Assembly (NCBI GenBank): GCA_017480565.1
Contig: JAFVAL010000050.1
Coordinates: 22,429-86,428 of the forward strand
From: Lachnospiraceae bacterium
Lineage (GTDB): Bacteria > Bacillota > Clostridia > Lachnospirales > Lachnospiraceae
Length of the DNA: 64,000 nucleotides
Direction: 5' to 3'
In this document: positions 57,037 through 64,000 of the stretch, one piece after another
Layout: the number at the start of each line of letters is the position of its first letter
How positions within the stretch are numbered: the first letter of the stretch is position 1
Made by a program: the position numbers and the translations under genes
The notes under the pieces: model-generated
The model's input: only the letters and a program-made list of their open reading frames with translations
What the model was told of the DNA's origin: nothing
Database searches by the model: none

Positions 57037-58368
57037 ATGGAAAAACCGATTGTAGCAATTGTGGGACGGCCAAATGTCGGCAAGTCCACGTTATTTAACT
57101 GTTTAGCGGGAGAAATGATTTCGATCGTGCAGGATACACCGGGTGTGACACGTGACCGTATTTACGCGGATGTGACCTGGCTATCGCATTCCTTTTCTCT
57201 GATTGATACCGGAGGTATTGAGCCGGATACCGGCGATGAGATGCTTTCGTATATGCGCCAGCAGGCGGAGATCGCGATTGATCATGCGGATGTGATTTTA
57301 TTCCTTGTCGATGTCAGACAAGGCCTGGTGGATGATGATTTTAAGGTGGCGGACATGCTGCGGCGGTCGCACAAACCGATCGTGCTTGTGGTCAATAAGG
57401 TCGATGATTTTAACAAATACATGGGCGACGTCTATGAATTCTATAACCTGGGTCTTGGGGATCCCTGGCCGGTTTCTTCGACCAGCAAGTTAGGTCTTGG
57501 CGATATGTTAGATGAGCTGGTCTCACATTTCCCGGAAGGAAGTGATGAGGAAGAAGAGGATGAACGTCCGAGGATCGCCATCGTCGGAAAACCGAATGTC
57601 GGTAAGTCGTCTTTGATCAACAAACTGCTCGGTGAAAACCGTGTGATTGTCTCTGACATTGCTGGTACGACGAGAGATGCGATCGATACGGTCGTTGAAC
57701 GCGGCGGCAAGGAATTCATTTTCATCGATACGGCGGGCCTTCGCAGAAAAGCAAAGGTCAAAGAAGATATTGAGCGGTTTAGTACTGTGCGCACCGTGGC
57801 TGCGGTCGAACGTGCCGACGTTGTGGTCTGTATGATTGATGCGACGGAAGGCGTGACGGAGCAGGATGCGAAGATCTGCGGCATTGCACATGAAAAGGGA
57901 AAAGGTCTGATCATCGCGGTCAATAAGTGGGATGCGATCGAGAAAAATGACAAGACCATTTACCGGTTCAGCGATGATGTAAAGCAATTCCTTTCCTTTG
58001 CACCGTATGCGGAGATCATCTATATCTCAGCCAAGACCGGACAGCGTGTCAGTAAGCTCTTTGACAGTATCGAGACGGTCATTGAGAATCAAAATCTCCG
58101 GGTTTCAACGGGTGTGCTCAATGAGATCATGGCAGAGGCAGTTGCGATGCAGCAGCCGCCAAGTGACAAGGGACGGAGGCTGAAACTGTTCTATATCACG
58201 CAGGTGAGTGTGAAGCCGCCGACCTTTGTAATCTTCGTGAATGATAAGAAGTTGATGCATTTTTCATACACGAGATATCTGGAGAATCGAATCCGCGATT
58301 CCTTTGGATTTACCGGGACGCCGCTTCGTTTCTTCATCCGTGAGAGGAAGGAGAAAGATCAGGCATGA
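57037..58368 (+). CDS. der: Ribosome biogenesis GTPase Der (EngA), tandem GTPase domains
   Basis: Two G domains (GRPNVGKST...DTGG...NKVD and GKPNVGKSS...DTAG...NKWD) plus a KH-like C-terminus. Confidence 0.92.
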   Translation: MEKPIVAIVGRPNVGKSTLFNCLAGEMISIVQDTPGVTRDRIYADVTWLSHSFSLIDTGGIEPDTGDEMLSYMRQQAEIAIDHADVILFLVDVRQGLVDDDFKVADMLRRSHKPIVLVVNKVDDFNKYMGDVYEFYNLGLGDPWPVSSTSKLGLGDMLDELVSHFPEGSDEEEEDERPRIAIVGKPNVGKSSLINKLLGENRVIVSDIAGTTRDAIDTVVERGGKEFIFIDTAGLRRKAKVKEDIERFSTVRTVAAVERADVVVCMIDATEGVTEQDAKICGIAHEKGKGLIIAVNKWDAIEKNDKTIYRFSDDVKQFLSFAPYAEIIYISAKTGQRVSKLFDSIETVIENQNLRVSTGVLNEIMAEAVAMQQPPSDKGRRLKLFYITQVSVKPPTFVIFVNDKKLMHFSYTRYLENRIRDSFGFTGTPLRFFIRERKEKDQA

Positions 58369-58988
58369 TTTGGACCATCATCATCTGTGCGGTGATTGGC
58401 TATGTGTTGGGCGGCTTTCCGACGGGTTTTCTGGTGGGAAAGCGCCACAATATCGATATCAGAGAGCACGGCAGCGGTAACATCGGGACGACGAATTCTC
58501 TGCGCGTTCTGGGACTGCAGGCCGGGGCGGTGACATTCATCGGTGATATCATCAAGACTGTCGTCGCAATCGGACTGTGTATGTGGATCTGTTCGCGGTT
58601 TGACGTGGATATGAAGTTTGTTCAGATTTTGACGGCTCTCTTTGTGATTCTCGGGCATGATTTCCCGGCAGCCCTAAAGTTTAAGGGCGGCAAGGGAATT
58701 GCAGCAACGGCCGGTTTCCTTGTGATGTTTGATTACCGGATGATGCTCATCGAGCTGATTGTATTTTTACTGATCCTGGTCTTTACCAGATACGTCTCGC
58801 TGGGATCTTTAGTGGTTTCGGTGTTGCTTCCCATTGGACTTGCGGTCTTTTATCACGCAAATCCGATGTTTGTTCCGATGCTTGTGATCTCTCTTTTGAT
58901 CTGTGCGCTTGCCTTTGTGCGGCATAAGGAGAATATCAAGCGGCTGCTCGCCGGAACAGAGAATAAGTTTGGAGATCCTGCAAAGTAA
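58365..58988 (+). CDS. plsY: Glycerol-3-phosphate acyltransferase PlsY
   Basis: GSGNIGTTN and FKGGKG motifs with about 6 TM helices. ATGA overlap with der. Confidence 0.9.
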   Translation: MIWTIIICAVIGYVLGGFPTGFLVGKRHNIDIREHGSGNIGTTNSLRVLGLQAGAVTFIGDIIKTVVAIGLCMWICSRFDVDMKFVQILTALFVILGHDFPAALKFKGGKGIAATAGFLVMFDYRMMLIELIVFLLILVFTRYVSLGSLVVSVLLPIGLAVFYHANPMFVPMLVISLLICALAFVRHKENIKRLLAGTENKFGDPAK

Positions 58989-59023
58989 GTCATAGACGCG
59001 CATTTCGCAGAAAGGAATTCATC

Positions 59024-59998
59024 ATGAAACAATTAAATTGGGGTATTATCGGGCTTGGATGGATCGGCGGAGACTTCTCGCAGGCACTTGTCGATGCCGG
59101 AATCGGTGTGTATGCTTTTGCCAGTGATAAGCCGGGAAAGGCAGAAGAGTGGAAGGACCGTTTCGGTGCGAAGGTGGCATATCGTTCCTATGAAGAACTG
59201 TTTGCAGACCCGAATGTGGACGTTGTCTATGTTGCGACGCCGCACAGCAATCACTATGAGTGGGCGATGAAGGCAATCGGTGCCGGAAAACATGTGTTGG
59301 TGGAGAAAGCCATCACAGTCTGCTCGGAACAACTGGATGATATGCTTGCGCTGGCGGAAGAAAAAGGCGTGAAGGTATTTGAGGCGCAGACGATCTATCA
59401 CATGCCGATCTATGACAAGATTCGCGATATCATCGATTCCGGTAAGCTTGGTCCTGTGAAAATGATCCAGGTGAATTTCGGCAGCTGCAAGGAATACGAT
59501 GTGAAGAACCGTTTCTTTAACCAGGATCTGGCCGGCGGTGCTCTCTTAGATATCGGTGTTTATGCCTTATCCTTTGCAAGACAGTTTTTAACCAGCCAGC
59601 CGGATGAGGTTCTCACAACGGTCAAGCGCTTTGAGACCGGCGTGGATGAATCGAGCGGCATTATCTTAAAGAATCCGGATGATGAGATGGCTGTCATCGC
59701 ACTGACGATGCGTGCAAAGCAGCCGAAGCGTGGGATCGTGGCGTGTGAGCATGGTTTTATCGCGGTCGAGAATTATCCGAGAGCAGACAAGGCGACGATC
59801 ACCTGGACATCAGATGGACATACCGAGACCATTTCCGCAGGGGAGACCGACAAAGCGCTTCAGTATGAGGCAGAATATGTGGCGAAGGTTTTGTCCGGCG
59901 AAATCGAGGATAAAACCATGATTTATACCAAGGATGTCATGGATATTATGACAAATGTACGCAGACAATGGGGCATTACGTTCCCGTTTGAGCGTTAA
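59024..59998 (+). CDS. Gfo/Idh/MocA family NAD(P)-dependent oxidoreductase
   Basis: WGIIGLGWIG Rossmann start and the HVLVEKA (EKP-like) motif. Confidence 0.8.
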   Translation: MKQLNWGIIGLGWIGGDFSQALVDAGIGVYAFASDKPGKAEEWKDRFGAKVAYRSYEELFADPNVDVVYVATPHSNHYEWAMKAIGAGKHVLVEKAITVCSEQLDDMLALAEEKGVKVFEAQTIYHMPIYDKIRDIIDSGKLGPVKMIQVNFGSCKEYDVKNRFFNQDLAGGALLDIGVYALSFARQFLTSQPDEVLTTVKRFETGVDESSGIILKNPDDEMAVIALTMRAKQPKRGIVACEHGFIAVENYPRADKATITWTSDGHTETISAGETDKALQYEAEYVAKVLSGEIEDKTMIYTKDVMDIMTNVRRQWGITFPFER

Positions 59999-60045
59999 AC
60001 CTTTGATTTTTGCTTTATTTTCGCCATTTTTCCGATGATTTTCTC

Positions 60046-60074
60046 TTGACAGTATAGGTTCAGGTTGCTACAAT
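60046..60074 (+). promoter_or_regulatory. Sigma-A promoter of the NlpC/P60 gene
   Basis: TTGACA, 17 nt, TACAAT, 66 nt upstream of the ATG. Confidence 0.5.
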
Positions 60075-60139
60075 GTTAATGCGAAATTAACAAATTTGTA
60101 ACAACTTGAACCTTTTTGTCATTGAGAAGGGATTGTTAT

Positions 60140-61426
60140 ATGAGGATAAAGTGGAGATGGACTGCACTGTCTGTGTTTCTGGTGATGGGGCTGGCACTGC
60201 TTGTGAGTGCGGATGCATTTGTCGGAACCAGTTCCTTTGCAGCAGGCAGACCGGAGAGTGTGAAGGCTGAGGCTTCTGTGAAGGATGCCGTGGTAAAAGA
60301 GCCTGAGCAAAAGCCTGAGAAAACATTTGAAGAAGAATATGTCTTCCCCCAGGAAGCCGTTGAAGTGGTAGAGGAAGAGACGGAGACGGAGACCGAAGAA
60401 GTCACGACGATCTTTGAATCTACGATGATGCAGGATAACGCGAAGATCACCTATCAGGAATACGATATGGACGCGCCTGCGAAGACCTATGAGGAAGAGC
60501 GTAAAGAGATCGTCGATGCGTATGAGAAGCGCCAGTGGAAGAACTGGATCGTCTCGACAGCAAGTGTTCTTAACATCCGTGATAAGGCGAGCAAGGACGG
60601 TAAGATCATCGGTAAGCTTCCGAAGAACGGCGGCGGCAAGATCATCGAGTACAACAAGGATGAGACTTGGGTGAAGATCAAGTCCGGTCCGGTCACCGGC
60701 TGGGTATCGACAGAGTATATCATCTCTGGAGATGAAGTGGCAGAAGTGGCTGAGAGAGTTGGTTCTGAGAAGGTCATCGTTATCACCGAGACGCTGTATG
60801 CGCGCATGGAGCCCACGACGGAGAGTAAGATCGTTACGATCCTGAATCTGGACGAAGAATTTGAACTGATCAAGAAGGACGGCGAGTGGGGCAAGATCGC
60901 AATCGATGATGATGAAGCATGGGTCAAGCTTGAGTATGTGACGATTTCGTTCGTGCTTGAGAAGGCGGTTGTCTATAAAGAGCCTGAGCCGGAACCGGCA
61001 AAGACAAGCTCGTCAGGATCGAGTAAGTCAAGTTCCTCCAGTTCTTCAAGCTCTAAGACCTCGTCCGTACGTTCCCGCATGGTATCGTATGCGATGCAGT
61101 TTTTAGGCAATCCTTACGTCTGGGGTGGCACGAGCTTAACCAGAGGTACCGACTGCTCCGGATTTACGATGAGAATCTATGAGCACTTTGGCTACAGCAT
61201 CCCGAGAACCTCGAGGAATCAGGCATCCGGCGGTACGAGAATCAGCTTAAGCAACTTAAAGCCGGGAGATCTGATTTTCTATTCGAACAGCTCCGGCATC
61301 AACCATGTAGCGATGTACATCGGCAATGGTCAGGTCATTCATGCGAGCAACGCAAGAAGCGGTATCAAGATCTCGAACATGAATTACCGGACACCGACAA
61401 AGGCAGTGCGCTACATCAAAGACTAA
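60140..61426 (+). CDS. Secreted NlpC/P60 cell-wall endopeptidase with SH3b repeats
   Basis: Signal peptide, acidic linker, SH3b-like repeats (VLNIRDKASKDGKIIG, WVKIKSG), a poly-Ser linker, and the catalytic DCSGF...H region of NlpC/P60. Confidence 0.85.
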   Translation: MRIKWRWTALSVFLVMGLALLVSADAFVGTSSFAAGRPESVKAEASVKDAVVKEPEQKPEKTFEEEYVFPQEAVEVVEEETETETEEVTTIFESTMMQDNAKITYQEYDMDAPAKTYEEERKEIVDAYEKRQWKNWIVSTASVLNIRDKASKDGKIIGKLPKNGGGKIIEYNKDETWVKIKSGPVTGWVSTEYIISGDEVAEVAERVGSEKVIVITETLYARMEPTTESKIVTILNLDEEFELIKKDGEWGKIAIDDDEAWVKLEYVTISFVLEKAVVYKEPEPEPAKTSSSGSSKSSSSSSSSSKTSSVRSRMVSYAMQFLGNPYVWGGTSLTRGTDCSGFTMRIYEHFGYSIPRTSRNQASGGTRISLSNLKPGDLIFYSNSSGINHVAMYIGNGQVIHASNARSGIKISNMNYRTPTKAVRYIKD

Positions 61427-61441
61427 TCGAATCTACACAAA

Positions 61442-61490
61442 AGACCGGTGAAAGAATTTGCAAAAGAATTCGATTCACCGGTCTCTTTTT
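61442..61490 (+). terminator. Rho-independent terminator after the NlpC/P60 gene
   Basis: agaccggtgaa / ttcaccggtct arms followed by cT5. Confidence 0.6.
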
Positions 61491-61585
61491 CGCCATTCTG
61501 TGTTATAATCAAATGGTCTATGGGTTTTTCCATGGATGAATCCATAGAATCTGTATCCAACCTATACCAAAAGAAATGAAAAAGA

Positions 61586-64000
61586 ATGATGGAAATTGAT
61601 GTAAGCAAGATCACACCCATGATGCAACAGTATCTGGAAGTGAAGGAACAATATAAAGATTGCATCTTGTTTTATCGCCTTGGCGACTTTTATGAGATGT
61701 TTTTTGACGATGCGATCACAGCTTCGAGAGAGCTGGAACTGACGCTAACCGGGCGTAACTGCGGCCTGGAGGAGCGCGCACCAATGTGCGGAGTCCCGTA
61801 CCATGCGGTCGAGGGATATCTGAGCAAATTAGTGCGAAAGGGCTATAAAGTCGCGATCTGTGAGCAGATGGAAGATCCCAAACTGGCAAAAGGACTGGTC
61901 AAGCGAGACATTGTCCGGATCGTCACGCCGGGCACGGATATCAGTGAGATGTCACTAGAAGAGGGGAAAAATCATTTCCTGATGGGCATCGTGCTGGAAA
62001 ATCTGATCTATGGCATTGCCACTGTGGATTTAACGACCGGTGAGTTTTATGTGACGGAAGTGGCCGATGAGCGGAAGGTTCTCGACGAGATCACAAAATA
62101 TGCCCCGAGCGAGATCATCTACAACGAAGCGGTAGCAAGCGGAGAGATCGATTATGAAGATCTGCATTTTCGCTATAATATCGCGATCAGTCAGTTGGAC
62201 GACTGGTATACGGACCGCGAGACGTGTGAGCGTGTCTTAAAGGATCATTTTCATGTGGCGAGCTTACAGGGACTTGGCATTGCAGATCACCGGAGCGGGG
62301 TTCTGGCGGCCGGCGCTGTGATGTCTTACCTGATCGAGACGCAGAAAAACTCCCTGGAACATATCAGGCAGATCACGCCGTATGAGACTGGAACCTTTAT
62401 GGTGCTTGACTCGACTGCGAGAAGAAATCTGGAGCTGACCGAGACATTGCGAGAGAAGACAAAACGCGGATCGCTTCTTTGGGTATTGGATAAGACAAAG
62501 ACCGCGATGGGTGCGAGACTCCTTCGCAGCTATCTGGAGCAGCCGCTCACTGAGGTTCAGGAGATTGAAGCCAGATATGACGCAATTGAAGCGTTAAATG
62601 AACAACCGATTTTGCGGGATGAAGCGAGAGAATATCTGGGGCCGATCTATGATCTGGAGCGTCTGATGGGGCGTGTCAGTATGCGCACCGCAAATGCCAG
62701 AGATTTTATCGCGTTGTCGGGCTCACTTGCGATGATTCCGCCGATCAAACTCTTGCTTTCTGATCTGCCCGGAAGCCTTCTTGGCAAGATCCAGGAAGAG
62801 ATGGATGATCTTGCCTTTGTGCGGCAGAAAATCGATTCTGCGATCGTGGAAGAACCGCCGATATCCCTGCGGGAAGGCGGATTTATCAAGGAAGGCTATT
62901 CCGAGGAAGTGGATCGTTTGCGGTCGCTTAGTAAAAACGGCAAGACTTACATCGCACAGATTGAAGAAAAAGAGAAGGAAGCGACCGGGATTAAGAACCT
63001 CCGCATCAAGTATAACAAGGTGTTTGGTTATTACCTGGAAGTGACCAATTCATATAAAGATCTGGTGCCGGATACCTGGACCAGAAAACAGACTCTGACG
63101 AATGCCGAGCGGTATATCACGCCGGAGCTTAAGGAACTGGAAGATCAGATTCTTGGGGCAGAAGATCGGTTAAATGTATTAGAGTATGAGCTGTTTTCAG
63201 CGCTTCGCGATGAGATTGCGCGGGAGATGGGACAGATTCAGCAGACTGCAAGAGCACTTGCGAAACTGGATGTTCTTTGTTCCCTTTCCGTAGTTGCGAT
63301 GCGTAATCAATACGTCCGGCCGAAGCTAAATACCGACGGCATGATCGAGATCAGAGACGGCAGGCATCCGGTCGTAGAGCAAATGATCCCGAACGATCAA
63401 TTTGTCCCGAATGACACGTACCTGGACAATGACAATCACCGGATTGCGATCATCACAGGCCCGAATATGGCCGGAAAATCGACCTATATGAGGCAGACTG
63501 CCTTAATTGTTCTTCTGGCGCAGGTTGGGTCATTTGTGCCGGCGAGCGAGGCCAATATCGGAATTGTTGACCGTATTTTCACGCGCGTCGGTGCCTCGGA
63601 TGATCTGGCCAGCGGTCAAAGTACGTTTATGGTGGAGATGACCGAGGTCGCAAACATTTTAAGGAATGCGACGAGAAACAGCTTGTTGATCTTAGATGAG
63701 ATCGGGCGTGGCACGTCGACCTTTGACGGCTTATCGATTGCGTGGGCCGTGGTCGAATACATTTCCAACAAACGAAGGCTTGGGGCGAAAGCACTGTTTG
63801 CCACGCATTATCATGAACTGACGGAGTTAGAGGGAAAGCTTGACAGTGCGCACAATTACTGCGTGGCGGTCAAGGAACAAGGCGACCAGGTCATTTTCCT
63901 TCGGAAGATTCAGGCTGGCGGGGCAGATAAGAGCTACGGCATTCAAGTGGCAAGGCTTGCCGGGGTGCCGGACGTAGTTCTAAAGCGCGCGAAAGAGATT
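61586..64000 (+). CDS. mutS: DNA mismatch repair protein MutS (3' end beyond the window)
   Basis: Not in the ORF track because it has no stop in the window. The frame is open from the ATG at 61586 to base 64000. TPMMQQYLEVKEQYKDCILFYRLGDFYEMFFDDA and Walker A GPNMAGKST are visible in translation. Confidence 0.92.
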   Translation, partial: MMEIDVSKITPMMQQYLEVKEQYKDCILFYRLGDFYEMFFDDAITASRELELTLTGRNCGLEERAPMCGVPYHAVEGYLSKLVRKGYKVAICEQMEDPKLAKGLVKRDIVRIVTPGTDISEMSLEEGKNHFLMGIVLENLIYGIATVDLTTGEFYVTEVADERKVLDEITKYAPSEIIYNEAVASGEIDYEDLHFRYNIAISQLDDWYTDRETCERVLKDHFHVASLQGLGIADHRSGVLAAGAVMSYLIETQKNSLEHIRQITPYETGTFMVLDSTARRNLELTETLREKTKRGSLLWVLDKTKTAMGARLLRSYLEQPLTEVQEIEARYDAIEALNEQPILRDEAREYLGPIYDLERLMGRVSMRTANARDFIALSGSLAMIPPIKLLLSDLPGSLLGKIQEEMDDLAFVRQKIDSAIVEEPPISLREGGFIKEGYSEEVDRLRSLSKNGKTYIAQIEEKEKEATGIKNLRIKYNKVFGYYLEVTNSYKDLVPDTWTRKQTLTNAERYITPELKELEDQILGAEDRLNVLEYELFSALRDEIAREMGQIQQTARALAKLDVLCSLSVVAMRNQYVRPKLNTDGMIEIRDGRHPVVEQMIPNDQFVPNDTYLDNDNHRIAIITGPNMAGKSTYMRQTALIVLLAQVGSFVPASEANIGIVDRIFTRVGASDDLASGQSTFMVEMTEVANILRNATRNSLLILDEIGRGTSTFDGLSIAWAVVEYISNKRRLGAKALFATHYHELTELEGKLDSAHNYCVAVKEQGDQVIFLRKIQAGGADKSYGIQVARLAGVPDVVLKRAKEI

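Noticed and set aside
61008-61070. Serine-codon-rich DNA repeat in the NlpC/P60 gene
   Set aside because: It is a poly-Ser interdomain linker (SSSGSSKSSSSSSSSSKTSS) encoded by mixed Ser codons. This is ordinary low-complexity coding sequence, not a repeat element.

Overview
This window reads as a roughly 50% GC chromosomal core region of a Firmicutes/Clostridia organism. The gene order and proteins look Lachnospiraceae-like, but that is inference from recognition, not a search. Coding density is high: about 62 CDS and 2 tRNAs (Glu-CUC, Ala-GGC). I found no rRNA, CRISPR array, transposase, integrase or phage genes.

Most of the content is housekeeping:
- rho, rpmE, DUF1385, prmC, prfA
- parE and parC
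- lysA-like decarboxylase and nadE
- recA, recX, rny
- scpA and scpB
- ylxM, ffh, rpsP, KH-domain protein, rimM, trmD, rplS, lepB, ylqF, lepB, rnhB, yraN, pgeF
- prs, der, plsY, and a 3'-truncated mutS

The accessory or less ordinary content is:
- an iorA-iorB-paaK-ACT-symporter-amidohydrolase arylacetate/arylpyruvate cluster
- an OmpR-type two-component system next to a stand-alone processive family-2 glycosyltransferase
- a tRNA-Ala-adjacent four-gene module (Phd/YefM antitoxin, PIN toxin, two unknown membrane proteins)
- a GH2-like protein with an apparently degenerate catalytic domain
- an SPT-like alpha-oxoamine synthase

The best hunt result is a 20-bp direct-repeat box, GGWTTAAGRWTTGWTTAAKA. 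It occurs at an identical offset from the predicted -10 in the response-regulator promoter and the GT2 synthase promoter. A third copy lies upstream of the distant SPT-like synthase. Together these suggest an uncharacterised envelope-remodelling regulon.

Other points of note are an apparent 1-nt frameshift in recX and a 636-aa Rho with a ~220-aa Arg/Pro/Gly-rich repeat insertion.

All family calls come from motif and sequence recognition. No BLAST, HMM or covariance-model search was run. I found no clearly novel multi-gene defence-type system.
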